A stretch of DNA of 64,000 nucleotides from Candidatus Omnitrophota bacterium (GCA_026387455.1 JAPLLR010000017.1:5635-69634), one strand, 5' to 3'; counted from the stretch's first letter, positions 47,313 through 56,712 are shown. Translations and numbers: made by a program. The notes: a model not told the origin generated them from the letters alone.

Positions 47313-47576
47313 ATGCCAAGACGCAGAACATCAATCAAAAAGACCCGCGCAGACAATAAAAAGCATTTGCGCAACTACAAAATCAAACAGCAGCTGAAAA
47401 AAACTATCAAGAAATTCCAGCAACTAACCAGCGCCAAAAAGCTGGATGAAGCCAAAGCCCTACTTCAGAAGGCATTCTCAGAATTGGATAAGGCAGCAAA
47501 AAAGCAGGTCATCCATCCGGCTACAGCAAACCGCAAAAAATCCCGCTTAGCCAAGCAGCTATCTAAGCCCGCATAG
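47313..47576 (+). CDS. rpsT: 30S ribosomal protein S20.
   Basis: 87 aa; MPRRRTSIKKTRADNKKHLRNYKIK...NRKKSRLAKQ. Confidence 0.85.
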   Translation: MPRRRTSIKKTRADNKKHLRNYKIKQQLKKTIKKFQQLTSAKKLDEAKALLQKAFSELDKAAKKQVIHPATANRKKSRLAKQLSKPA

Positions 47577-48197
47577 ACTGATCACCAGCTTCTCAAGAGC
47601 AAATAAAGGCTTAAGTTTTCCTGTTTTAATGTCGATATCGCATGCAAGCAGGTACTTAAGCCTTTTTCTTTTCTCAAGAGGATGTGCGGCATTCTTCTCC
47701 CAGACATAACGCAAACCACCGAGAATACGCTCCGGCCTCTCCCCATCCTTTAAAAGCCCGCTTAATATGCGCAAGGCGCTGTCCGCCCTCTTCAAATCTA
47801 TTGAGCGGCCCAAAGCAAAAGTATCCTGATGCACTGTTTCCTTAAAACGCACCGGCTTGACAAAACGGGCAATATTCTTGATAAAACTATCCGTCTTGTC
47901 CAAGTGGTTTAAATCCATAGCCAAGACCACCTGCGGATAAGGCTTCCTGACGTATTTTTCCAGAAATTCTTTAACCTCATCTTTCAAGTCTTCGATGTTT
48001 TTTATAATAATCAGTCTCTTGGGATTCTTTACTGGAAGGGATAAAAGCTTTTCCTGCAGCGCTTTTTGGGTCAGCTCACGAGCATAGAGAGTATCGAGGT
48101 TGAATTGTTCGGTGCCTTTGGAGAGGACGTAATCTTTAAGTTTCTTAAGCTGGATGTCTTTGGCAAGATTATCGCTGCCGATAAAAAGATAAATCAT
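47559..48197 (-). CDS. holA: DNA polymerase III delta subunit (HolA), short form.
   Basis: N-terminus MIYLFIGSDNLAKD... resembles the delta N-terminus. It sits downstream of lptE, the same order as leuS-lptE-holA in E. coli. It is only 212 aa. Confidence 0.45.
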   Translation of the reverse strand: MIYLFIGSDNLAKDIQLKKLKDYVLSKGTEQFNLDTLYARELTQKALQEKLLSLPVKNPKRLIIIKNIEDLKDEVKEFLEKYVRKPYPQVVLAMDLNHLDKTDSFIKNIARFVKPVRFKETVHQDTFALGRSIDLKRADSALRILSGLLKDGERPERILGGLRYVWEKNAAHPLEKRKRLKYLLACDIDIKTGKLKPLFALEKLVISLCGLR

Positions 48198-48200
48198 TAT

Positions 48201-48755
48201 CTACCACTGTTCAACAGTGCGTTCGACTACTCGTCGGGCTAGATCAATTATGGAATTCTGCACTGCCTGATCCTCGCTTATCGCCTGAGTGCCGGTGACA
48301 AAATAGCTGGTCTCTCCAGTAAACCCGGGCTCGCTCCAAAGCAGCTTCTTTTCCGGTCCCGTTTTATCCCACATCTCTAGGTTCACCACAATATTCACCC
48401 GGTACTCGGTAACATCGTCGCTGTTATCGGCATAACGCAGGGGGTCTTTGCGGAATTGCACCAGCTGGCCGACCAAGATCATATCCGCCGAAGCCTCTTT
48501 AACCGGTTTGAGGTTGCCATCAAATAAATAGCGGTTGCTCACTGCCTTGGTCACCTCAGTCTCAGTAAGCGGCCGGTTAAGCTGGTATTTATCTCCGGAG
48601 TCGCCTTCTCTGGTGATGTCGATGGTATTGACGAACGGAGTAATATAAATAGTCTTATACTGATCGGAGATCATGGAGCGGGTAGTGTAACCGCAGCTAC
48701 TAAGCCCGAGAACAAAAGAACTTAAGAACACAAGAGCCAAAATTCTCTTCATCAT
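48201..48755 (-). CDS. lptE: LptE-like LPS-assembly lipoprotein.
   Basis: Lipobox LGLSSCGY. 184 aa. Positioned just upstream of holA. Confidence 0.45.
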   Translation of the reverse strand: MMKRILALVFLSSFVLGLSSCGYTTRSMISDQYKTIYITPFVNTIDITREGDSGDKYQLNRPLTETEVTKAVSNRYLFDGNLKPVKEASADMILVGQLVQFRKDPLRYADNSDDVTEYRVNIVVNLEMWDKTGPEKKLLWSEPGFTGETSYFVTGTQAISEDQAVQNSIIDLARRVVERTVEQW

Positions 48756-49705
48756 TTCTTCTTCTCCAATTTCTCAAGGAGCGGCAATTTATCCTGCGCC
48801 TTTTTTGCCCACGGGCTTTCGGGATATTTCTCTATGACAGCATTATAATAAATACGAGCCGCAGGATATGCTTTTTGCTTCTCATAGAAAACCGCGATGT
48901 TGTAGCTACTGGCCGCCTCTTTTTCCTTTAACTTATCGATATTCTCCTCTGCCTCCCGGGAAAGCACGGCATCCGGATGGTCCTTGAGGAAATCTTCGAA
49001 TTTCTGCTTAGCCTCGTTAGCTGCTCCAGAATCATAATCCGGCCCACGGGACAAGGCTGCGCGGCAGGAGGCGATCTGGAACTTGGCCGGCTCTACCCAC
49101 TCGCTCTCCGGATAATTGGTAACTACCTTATTAAAAGCCTCTTCCGCCTCATCAAAACGCACTAGACCTTTTAATACCAAACCAAGCTTATACTGTGCCT
49201 TCGGCGCTATCGGGCCGTAGGTGGAATTTTCAACCACCTTGGTGAATATCTCTATGGAGGGATTCTCAACGGGAAGCGGAACGCCCAGGGCTTTACGCTT
49301 CTCCCCGGACATGAATATTTCTCCGATCTTATACTCCCGCTCGATAATCTCCTTAATCCTTTCGGAAAAAGGATACTTATCCACCACCTTCTGGTAAGCA
49401 AGGAAAGCTTCATAGAGATTGTTCTTTTCTTCTTCAGAGCGGCCCATGTAATATTGGCTTTCAGAAGCCTCGTAGGACTTAGGGTAAGCCTTGAGAAGTT
49501 TCTTAAACTCACGGATTGCATCATCGTATTTTTTAAGATTATAGAACTCTATGGCATAGTCATATTGCTCCTTAGGGGTGGGTTTGACCATAGTCTTAGG
49601 GTTCACCCACTTGCCAGTCTTGGGAGTCCAAATCCAGTAAGCATAAGCAGGGCTTACAGATACAGCCCAAATACAAGCTAAAATCAACAAAATCACTCTA
49701 CGCAT
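48752..49705 (-). CDS. Exported TPR-repeat protein, BamD(YfiO)-like.
   Basis: Signal peptide; TPR-like helical repeats (YYMGRSEEEKNNLYEAFLAYQKVVDKYP...). Confidence 0.4.
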   Translation of the reverse strand: MRRVILLILACIWAVSVSPAYAYWIWTPKTGKWVNPKTMVKPTPKEQYDYAIEFYNLKKYDDAIREFKKLLKAYPKSYEASESQYYMGRSEEEKNNLYEAFLAYQKVVDKYPFSERIKEIIEREYKIGEIFMSGEKRKALGVPLPVENPSIEIFTKVVENSTYGPIAPKAQYKLGLVLKGLVRFDEAEEAFNKVVTNYPESEWVEPAKFQIASCRAALSRGPDYDSGAANEAKQKFEDFLKDHPDAVLSREAEENIDKLKEKEAASSYNIAVFYEKQKAYPAARIYYNAVIEKYPESPWAKKAQDKLPLLEKLEKKK

Positions 49706-49754
49706 AATAGTAAAATGGTAGCATAGGGGCTCGGCTTTGTCAATTCAAATAGGC

Positions 49755-50070
49755 GACATGGCATAGCGTCTGCCTCATGGCGGGTGGGCTTGTCTTGTTT
49801 CTCGCAGGGACGTTTGTTTTGCCCCGGCGTGGCAAAACTGCACTCATTTCCAGCCCCTCGCTCTCGCTTGATATGTGATAGCGGGCGAACCATGCCCGCT
49901 CGGGGCTTTCATGCCCTGCTCGAAACCAAGCCAAGCCTCCCGCCAGCTGAAGAGATTCGCTTGATAATTTATAATGGCCGATAGGTTTAGCGGGTGACTT
50001 GGCTTGATCCGAGCACGGCCATAAGCCGCGCGCAGGACAAGCCAAGGCAGGACCCGCTAAACAATAGCAC
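49755..50070 (-). repeat. GC-rich modular structured repeat element, copy 2, inverted relative to copy 1.
   Basis: The reverse complement of 49981-50070 matches 45385-45470 almost base-for-base. The reverse complement of 49790-49920 matches module 2, with covarying changes (gttttgcc-acgccgg-ggcaaaac). Confidence 0.6.
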
Positions 50071-50095
50071 TTAGTGGAAAAATAACCAAGGGCAA

Positions 50096-51502
50096 CTAAA
50101 TATTGAAGGAGGCGCCGGGGAGGGCACTTAAGAAAAGGTTCATCCTGACCAAAAGAGTAACTGCCAGTTCGCTAGTAGAAGCAAAATAGGGAGCAACCGG
50201 AGGCAGTATTAACCCGGAAAAAACCAGACATATACCGCACAGGGTAATAAAGGTAGCCAAAGGCACGATAAATATATTCGCCAAAATAGTAACCGGCGAA
50301 ACTAGTTTAAAATAATAGGCGATAAAGCCGCTGGTGCCCAGCCACGCAGAAAGAGAGACCACGCCTCCTTCGGCCAGAAACCTAAGGGATTTGATTTTTA
50401 AATCATCCAACCTAAAAAGTGTTTTAAGCCGGGGATACAGGTAAATAATGGATATAACGCTGGCAAAAGAAAGCTGAAACCCGATATTAAACAGCTGACC
50501 GGGGTCGATAAGCAGAATAAATAGAGCAGCCAGACTTAAGGAGTTATAAATATCCGGCTCCCGCCTTATAAGATACGCCACTAAAAAGAAGATACCCATT
50601 ACTGTTGCCCGGACCACCGGATTAGATGCCCCGGTCAACAGACAATAGATGATCAAACACGGGATAATTATGACAAAGCGCGCCTTGCGCGGTACGCGGA
50701 TAAGCTTTAGAAATAGCGCGACTATAAAAATTATTATTCCCACATTAAAACCACTGACAACCAGGATATGCACGGTGCCGGCTTTTACCATAGAGTCATA
50801 TATGATCCGGGGAATGTCTTTTTTCTCTCCCAGCACCATCGCCTCCAACACACTTGCGGGTAACTTCGGAACATAAAAGGAGATTATTTTCTGCATCTTA
50901 GATTTCAACCAGAAAGCAAATCCTTTCAAGGAAAAACCACGAGTTTTTTGAAAACTAACTGCCAGATCCTGCGACTCCACACGCATAATGCAATATATTC
51001 CCTGCTGCAATAAATAATTCTTTTTTTGCTGCTGAAAGCTGGGCACCGGATACATATAACCCTTAAGTATCAGCCCCTGACCGTAATACAAGCCGCTGCC
51101 TCGAGCCACCTGTACCTTTATCTTACCGCTGGAGCGGTAACTTAATTTTCCAAAATGTAATTCCCTTATATTGAAAATAAAAACCGTTTCCTCACCGCTC
51201 TTTTCCGGAACACTTACGATATTGCCTTTAACGCTATAAAATTTCTCACTTTTATAATAAACAAAATTAGAGACATGGGACTGTGGCAAAACCTGTGAAT
51301 TAATCAAGATCAGCGCGCCGGATAAAGCGAAAATCACCAGAAGGATAACCGTGGATACTAAAACCTTACCAATAAAGAATATACAGAAAACCAAAAACAT
51401 AACCGCAATGGAAAGAATAATCCAGAAATTCATCACGATTGAATTTGCCAGGATTATTCCGATGCATAGAGATACAGTTACCCAGACAAGCGGCCGTAAC
51501 AT
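50096..51502 (-). CDS. comEC: ComEC/Rec2-family DNA-uptake channel protein (membrane domains only; no C-terminal metallo-beta-lactamase domain).
   Basis: 468 aa polytopic protein with the ComEC competence-domain layout. It is adjacent to comEA. Confidence 0.55.
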   Translation of the reverse strand: MLRPLVWVTVSLCIGIILANSIVMNFWIILSIAVMFLVFCIFFIGKVLVSTVILLVIFALSGALILINSQVLPQSHVSNFVYYKSEKFYSVKGNIVSVPEKSGEETVFIFNIRELHFGKLSYRSSGKIKVQVARGSGLYYGQGLILKGYMYPVPSFQQQKKNYLLQQGIYCIMRVESQDLAVSFQKTRGFSLKGFAFWLKSKMQKIISFYVPKLPASVLEAMVLGEKKDIPRIIYDSMVKAGTVHILVVSGFNVGIIIFIVALFLKLIRVPRKARFVIIIPCLIIYCLLTGASNPVVRATVMGIFFLVAYLIRREPDIYNSLSLAALFILLIDPGQLFNIGFQLSFASVISIIYLYPRLKTLFRLDDLKIKSLRFLAEGGVVSLSAWLGTSGFIAYYFKLVSPVTILANIFIVPLATFITLCGICLVFSGLILPPVAPYFASTSELAVTLLVRMNLFLSALPGASFNI

Positions 51503-51831
51503 CAGCGCACCACCAGGTAATTCTTTATTTTATCGAACTTGCCGGCGGTTAGGCCTTTGATTTCCTTGATCTGCTCAATATCGCTTAGGCCGGCCAACTC
51601 ATTTCTAAGCGCGATGATCCGCTGAGCCAGCTTTTCTCCTATACCCGGAACGCTCTTAAGCGTATCCTTATCCGCGGAATTCAAGTCAACCTTGCCAAAA
51701 TCACTCTCTAGCCGCGCAATACGCTCTACCGGAACAAATACCTTTGCCGCATAGCTCACCCCCACACCCATCAAAACCACAGCCAACAGAAAAATTAGAA
51801 CTTTACGCTCTTCCGTAGTCAAGTTTGACAT
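51502..51831 (-). CDS. comEA: ComEA DNA-binding competence protein (helix-hairpin-helix).
   Basis: 109 aa: N-terminal anchor plus DLNSADKDTLKSVPGIGEKLAQRII (HhH)2 motif. Confidence 0.7.
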   Translation of the reverse strand: MSNLTTEERKVLIFLLAVVLMGVGVSYAAKVFVPVERIARLESDFGKVDLNSADKDTLKSVPGIGEKLAQRIIALRNELAGLSDIEQIKEIKGLTAGKFDKIKNYLVVR

Positions 51832-51960
51832 AGTTCCACCTCCCTCTACTTATCCCTACAGTTGTACACTTCGGAAATTTCTTTGAAATTTCCTTGTAAC
51901 TGCAGGGATTAAGTTCGGGCATATAAGTTATGTCGTCCATCCATTGGACTCCATAACTTA

Positions 51961-52000
51961 CCCCACAGGGGTAGGCCTTCCCATCCTATAAAGGAAGAGC
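51961..52000. repeat. Intergenic copy of the hairpin element that is inserted in hcp.
   Basis: ccccacaggggtaggccttcc-catcctataa-aggaagagcc. Confidence 0.5.
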
Positions 52001-52070
52001 CTTATGCCCTCACTTAAATAGACGTAAAGGAAGGCAAAATCTAACAGAAAATCTTAGGATATTTGCGACT

Positions 52071-52220
52071 GGCTTAGTTTTGTTTTGAGTAGGGCATGGA
52101 AGCCCCGAGCGGGCATGGCGCACGCCTTTGGCGTGCAGGCGAGGGGCTGGAAATGAGTGCAGTTTTGTCACGCCGGGACAAAACAAACGCCCCTGCGAGA
52201 AACAAAACAAGACAGGCGCG
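52071..52220 (+). repeat. GC-rich structured repeat element, copy 3 (module 2 only).
   Basis: gggcatggaagccccgagcgggcatggcgcacgcc...gaggggctggaaatgagtgcagttttgtcacgccgggacaaaacaaacgcccctgcgagaaacaa. It aligns with copy 2 in reverse complement. Hairpin gttttgtc-acgccgg-gacaaaac carries a compensatory C-G to U-A change. Confidence 0.55.
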
Positions 52221-52224
52221 AAAA

Positions 52225-54624
52225 TTAAACTACGATGTTAACCAGCTTCTTGGGGACGATAACGAAATTGCGGATGGACTTACCCTCTATCCAGGGTTTA
52301 AGCCTCTCCTCGGAGAGGACTAATTCTTTCAACTTATCTTGCGCTATATCTGCGGGTACATCGAGCTTTGTACGCAGCTTTCCATTAACCTGCACGACGA
52401 TCGTTATCACATCTTCAACCAGCATCTTCGGATCAAACTCCGGCCACTTAGCTTTACATATACTTTCCTTATTTCCCAATATCTGCCACAGCTCCTCGGC
52501 AAAATGCGGCGCAATAGGACTGATCATCAATACCAGATTCGCAAATACTTCCTTATCCGCGCCTGATTGATAAATAGCATTGGTCAGCTCCATCAGGCTA
52601 GCGATAGCGGTATTAAACTTAAACTCCGCGTAGTCAACGCTTACCTTCTTAATAACCCTGTGCATGGTACGTAGCAAAACATCATCAGCCTTAGGTAAAA
52701 GGTTCTCCTGTACGCGCCAGACGCGGTTTAAAAACTTATTCGCGCCCTCAATACCGCGATCATCCCACTCCAGCTCGGTTTCAGGCGGCGCGGCAAACAA
52801 AATAAAAAGCCTTAATGTATCCGCTCCGTAATTCTTAATGATAGAGTCAGGGTCCACGATGTTGCCTCTAGATTTAGACATCACCTCCCCGTCTTTTAAA
52901 ACCATGCCCTGAGTAAGCAGGCGCTTAAATGGCTCCTTGAAATCGATCATTCCCAGATCCTGAAAGAACTTGGTAAAGAAACGCGAGTACAATAAATGCA
53001 GGATAGCATGCTCGATGCCTCCGATATACTGGTCCACCGGCATCCAGTACTTAGCGTCTAAAACATTAAAAGGGGCATTGTCGAGTTTTGGTGAGCAGAA
53101 ACGCAGGAAATACCAGGAAGAATCAAAGAATGTGGCCATGGTATCGGTTTCCCGACGAGCAGAACCAATACACTTGGGGCATTTTACCTCAACAAATTCC
53201 TTAACCTTACCTAAGGGACTCCCTCCTTCTCCGGTAATGGGCGCATCTTTAGGTAACTCCACCGGCAACTGAGCATAAGGCACAGGCACTATACCGCACT
53301 TTGAGCAATAAATAATGGGAATAGGCGTGCCCCAGTATCTCTGACGAGATATCAACCAATCGCGCAACCGCCAATGCGTCTGAATCTTGCCGATCTTGGT
53401 TTGCTCCATCCACTCAGCGATTTTTATTTTAGCTTCCTGATTAGTAAAGCCGTCGAATTGCGCGGAATTCACTTGAATACCATCGTCTTCAAAAGCCTCT
53501 ATCATCGCTTCGATAGTTGTTGGTCTATGGTCTATGGTCTGAATAACTATGCGCATCGGCAGCTCATGCTCTTTAGCGAACAAAAAGTCGCGCTGGTCAT
53601 GAGTCGGCACAGCCATAATCGCGCCAGTGCCGTATTCCATTAATACATAATCCGCGATCCAGATCGGGATGGTTTCATTGTTCACCGGATTAACCGCATA
53701 GCTTCCCGTGAACACCCCTTCTTTTTTAACATCCGAGGACGTCCGTACCACTTTGGTTTCCTTGGACACCTTCTCGATGAACTTCAGCGCCTCTTTTTCC
53801 TGAAGTCTACCCTTGATTAAATCTAAAACCTGCGGATGCTCCGGAGCCAAGACAATATAAGTGGCGCCAAATATAGTATCCGCGCGAGTAGTAAAAACCG
53901 GGATCACTGTCGCCAAATCTTTAAGCTTAAAGTATATCTCTACGCCTGAGCTTTTTCCGATCCAGTTATTCTGCATGCTGATGACCCGCTCAGGCCAATC
54001 ACCTAGCTGATTCAGATCCTCTAAAAGTCTTTCTTTATAATCAGTGATCTTCAGATACCATTGCTCAAGGTCTTTTTGTTCAACCTTAGTCTTACAGCGC
54101 CAACAACCACCCTCGATCACCTCTTCATTAGCCAACGTTGTTTCACAAGAAGAGCACCAGTTGACATCAGAACCCTTCTTATAGGCAAGCCCGCGCTCAT
54201 ACATCTTCAAAAAGATCCATTGGTTCCATTTATAGTAATCGCTGTCACAGGTAGAAACCTCGCGGCCCCAGTCATAAGAAAAACCCATGCGCTTAAGCTC
54301 CGCCTTCATCCAGTCAATGCACTTATGCGTCCAGATATCCGGCTTAGTGTTATTTTTAATGGCGGCGTTTTCCGCGGGCTGGCCAAAAGCGTCAAACCCC
54401 ATGGGATGCATCACCTGAAACCCCTGCATCAGCTTAAAACGCGCGGCCACATCGCCGATAGTATAATTACGAACATGGCCCATATGAATCTTGCCCGAAG
54501 GATACTGGAACATCTCCAGGAGATAATACTTCTTGCGCTCCTGGTCAGGTTGGACGGAGAAGATCTTCTTATCATGCCAAATTTTTTGCCATTTTTCTTC
54601 TATCTCTTTAAACGAATAACTCAT
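52225..54624 (-). CDS. leuS: Leucyl-tRNA synthetase.
   Basis: 799 aa; HMGHVRNY (HIGH) and KMSKS motifs; editing domain. Confidence 0.9.
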   Translation of the reverse strand: MSYSFKEIEEKWQKIWHDKKIFSVQPDQERKKYYLLEMFQYPSGKIHMGHVRNYTIGDVAARFKLMQGFQVMHPMGFDAFGQPAENAAIKNNTKPDIWTHKCIDWMKAELKRMGFSYDWGREVSTCDSDYYKWNQWIFLKMYERGLAYKKGSDVNWCSSCETTLANEEVIEGGCWRCKTKVEQKDLEQWYLKITDYKERLLEDLNQLGDWPERVISMQNNWIGKSSGVEIYFKLKDLATVIPVFTTRADTIFGATYIVLAPEHPQVLDLIKGRLQEKEALKFIEKVSKETKVVRTSSDVKKEGVFTGSYAVNPVNNETIPIWIADYVLMEYGTGAIMAVPTHDQRDFLFAKEHELPMRIVIQTIDHRPTTIEAMIEAFEDDGIQVNSAQFDGFTNQEAKIKIAEWMEQTKIGKIQTHWRLRDWLISRQRYWGTPIPIIYCSKCGIVPVPYAQLPVELPKDAPITGEGGSPLGKVKEFVEVKCPKCIGSARRETDTMATFFDSSWYFLRFCSPKLDNAPFNVLDAKYWMPVDQYIGGIEHAILHLLYSRFFTKFFQDLGMIDFKEPFKRLLTQGMVLKDGEVMSKSRGNIVDPDSIIKNYGADTLRLFILFAAPPETELEWDDRGIEGANKFLNRVWRVQENLLPKADDVLLRTMHRVIKKVSVDYAEFKFNTAIASLMELTNAIYQSGADKEVFANLVLMISPIAPHFAEELWQILGNKESICKAKWPEFDPKMLVEDVITIVVQVNGKLRTKLDVPADIAQDKLKELVLSEERLKPWIEGKSIRNFVIVPKKLVNIVV

Positions 54625-55019
54625 TCCTCATCCCATTTCTTACGTAAAGGCATCAGTGAAATCATGGTCTGCAGACCGCTTAGAATATGCTGGACATCTA
54701 CCGGCTTAGTCAAATAATGGTCTGCTTCCATATCATAACTTTTCTTGACTGCCTTTAGCTCAGTATTACCGCTAACAATGATCACCGGAATCCATTTGTC
54801 CCGGTTTTTGACACGGATTGCCTGAAGCACTTCAAAACCGCTTAGCTTAGGCATAATCAGATCCAAAATGACGATATCCGGATTTTCCGAATCTACTTTT
54901 TGCAGAGCCTCTTCTCCGTCATAAGCCTCGACTACTTCATAACCCTCGCGCAGCAGCAATTTCCTGTAGAAATCCATGCTCTGCTTTTCGTCATCCACCA
55001 CCAGGATCTTGTAGGCCAT
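54621..55019 (-). CDS. Single-domain response regulator (CheY-like receiver).
   Basis: ILVVDDE...phospho-acceptor D in ILDLIMP...KP motif; 132 aa. Confidence 0.65.
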   Translation of the reverse strand: MAYKILVVDDEKQSMDFYRKLLLREGYEVVEAYDGEEALQKVDSENPDIVILDLIMPKLSGFEVLQAIRVKNRDKWIPVIIVSGNTELKAVKKSYDMEADHYLTKPVDVQHILSGLQTMISLMPLRKKWDEE

Positions 55020-55033
55020 AAATGCCTTCCGCC

Positions 55034-55876
55034 TTAATTCTTAAGCTTCCTAACTAAAGCCAGATTTATTTTATCTGAATTTTCCGTTTCCTTAGGGGTC
55101 TCCAGGATCATCGGTATATTCCTTAATTTAGAATGGTTAATGATCCTTTTCATCCCACTCAGCCCAATATGACCCTTGCCAATATGGTCATGACGGTCAT
55201 GGTGCGAGCCCAGCTCTCCCTTAGCATCATTCAAATGGATAAGCTTAATCATGTCTGTGCCGCAAAGCTCTTCTATCTCATCCAGCATATCTTCAAGGCC
55301 GTCTTTGGTAGAGATGTCATAGCCGGCTAGATAAGCATGCGCCGTATCCAAACAAAGGCCGACGCGTTTTAAATCAATCATTGCGGCAAGCACCTCATTC
55401 TGGTGAATAAATTTGTAACCCAGCCAGGAGCCTGAGCCAGAGGTGTTTTCCAGCAGGATTCCGACTTTAGTATGCTTAGTTTTGTCCAGAATCCGGTTAA
55501 GTGCCTGGATCAGGCGCTTAACACCCGCTTCCTCCGAAGTCTCCTTATGACTACCCATGTGTGTTACGATATAATCGGCGTGCAGCAAATCTGCTTCCAG
55601 AATATCCTCTATATACGCCTCAATGGAAGCCCCATACAGCTTCGGATTAGGAGAAGCTAAGTTGATCAAGTACGGTATATGGATAAAGAACGGCTTAACT
55701 TTAAGCTTTTCCTGGCGCTTATTAAACTCCTCAATATCTTCAACCGCAAGCTGAGCATCCCGCCAGCGCTGGGGGCTGCGCGAGAAAATCTGCATAGTGT
55801 TACAGCCTAACTCCTTGGCTACAGTCAACGCCTGGTAGATCTTTCCCGCACCCGAAACATGCACCCCTAAGATCAT
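55034..55876 (-). CDS. nfo: Endonuclease IV (deoxyribonuclease IV, AP endonuclease).
   Basis: MILGVHVSGAGK start aligns with Nfo MKYIGAHVSAAGG. TIM-barrel His/Asp/Glu ligand pattern (HMGSH, LENTSG, HLNDAK). Confidence 0.75.
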   Translation of the reverse strand: MILGVHVSGAGKIYQALTVAKELGCNTMQIFSRSPQRWRDAQLAVEDIEEFNKRQEKLKVKPFFIHIPYLINLASPNPKLYGASIEAYIEDILEADLLHADYIVTHMGSHKETSEEAGVKRLIQALNRILDKTKHTKVGILLENTSGSGSWLGYKFIHQNEVLAAMIDLKRVGLCLDTAHAYLAGYDISTKDGLEDMLDEIEELCGTDMIKLIHLNDAKGELGSHHDRHDHIGKGHIGLSGMKRIINHSKLRNIPMILETPKETENSDKINLALVRKLKN

Positions 55877-55956
55877 AATAGTCAAGATTATACCGCAGTT
55901 AGAATTGACCGTCAAGCCATGTTGCCAACCAACGAATAATATGTTATGCTTATTTG

Positions 55957-56190
55957 TTGCGCTTTCTGCTACACCCAACTTTATAGCACCTTGGCATATA
56001 GGGTTGCCAAGTGCATCCCCTGCGGGATGGAAAAGTTGGTGTTACACTTTCTGCTTTACACCCGGCCTTAGCCCCTTCCTTAAAAGGTATAGGAAGGGCT
56101 ACCCCTCTGGGGTTATAGGATAGGCCGGTGTGCCGCTTTCTGCTACACCCAACTTTATAGGAAAAGTTGGTGTTCCGCTTTCTGCGTAAG
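55957..56190. repeat. Iteron-like array: four copies of c[ga]ctttctgc[t][a]acaccc, two of them arranged as an inverted pair (acacccaacttt/aaagttggtgt).
   Basis: Copies at about 55965, 56046, 56136 and 56175. It lies immediately upstream of the RBS of the RHH-like gene. Confidence 0.5.
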
Positions 56191-56200
56191 GAGGATTAAA

Positions 56201-56518
56201 ATGCTGCTGAGACAACAGGTGCTGATTGAAGACTGGCTAGTAGAATACTTAAAATTTCTGTCTGAAAAATACGATTTAAGCTATTCCGAAGTCATCAGGC
56301 TGGGATTATGCGCCCAATTCGATGAGATGATCACCTTGGCCTATCCCGACATCAAATCCAAGATAGATAAAAAGAAGTTCCTGCAATTACTGCATAAATC
56401 AGAGAATATCAAAGAATCGCGCGAAGAGCTATTAAAAGCGATTTCCGCGGTATATTTTGAAGCCCGCAAGACCATCGAAGCCCGCATGGCCAAAGAGAAA
56501 AAAGCAAAACACAGGTAA
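56201..56518 (+). CDS. Ribbon-helix-helix (CopG/Arc/MetJ-like) DNA-binding protein, 105 aa.
   Basis: Strong RBS TAAGGAGG. N-terminus QQVLIEDWLVEYLKFLSEKYDLSYSEVIRLGL fits the beta-strand plus two-helix RHH pattern. Confidence 0.45.
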   Translation: MLLRQQVLIEDWLVEYLKFLSEKYDLSYSEVIRLGLCAQFDEMITLAYPDIKSKIDKKKFLQLLHKSENIKESREELLKAISAVYFEARKTIEARMAKEKKAKHR

Positions 56519-56540
56519 GTTTCGATAGCCAAGCAATCAG

Positions 56541-56569
56541 TTGACAAGGCTGCGGGTGGATGTTATATT
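56541..56569 (+). promoter_or_regulatory. Sigma-70-type promoter candidate for the tRNA cluster (TTGACA-17 nt-TATATT).
   Basis: ttgacaaggctgcgggtggatgttatatt. Confidence 0.45.
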
Positions 56570-56574
56570 TAGGA

Positions 56575-56712
56575 AATCTTTCGGGGTATGTCGGGGCTGT
56601 CCGAGAGAAGTAAAATTAGTGGGCGCCCCAACTAGAAGCATAATTATCTTGGGGCTGTCCCCTGTCCGGAAAATGACTTGGGACGCCCCTCGCCTGAAGT
56701 AAATTTCATCTT
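56575..56712 (+). repeat. Two tandem repeats of about 63 nt, each beginning with a mimic of the tRNA-Ala 5' end (tcggggctgtcc, cttggggctgtcccc), immediately upstream of the genuine tRNA.
   Basis: Unit 1 is gtcggggctgtccgagagaagtaaaattagtgggcgccccaactagaagcataattatc. Unit 2 is ttggggctgtcccctgtccggaaaatgacttgggacgcccctcgcctgaagtaaatttcatc. The tRNA then begins ttggggctgtagctcag. Confidence 0.5.

Noticed and set aside
45446-52323. Overlapping ORFs inside the GC-rich elements (45446..45673, 45456..45680, 45505..45729, 45521..45760, 45526..45855, 49693..50045, 49784..49984, 52010..52210, 52096..52323). Three of them share a peptide, LS[CW]FS[QR]GRLFCP.
   Set aside because: Several mutually overlapping frames on both strands are open simply because of high GC. 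The shared peptide falls on the most nucleotide-conserved hairpin, so protein conservation is not independent evidence. The pattern of compensatory base-pair changes fits RNA/DNA structure better than coding.
55957-56190. Possible CRISPR array suggested by recurring ctttctgc...acaccc repeats.
   Set aside because: Only four imperfect copies, with irregular spacing (about 79, 90, 39 bp) and mixed orientation. There are no cas genes, and a transcription-factor-like gene lies directly downstream. This reads as iteron/operator-like.
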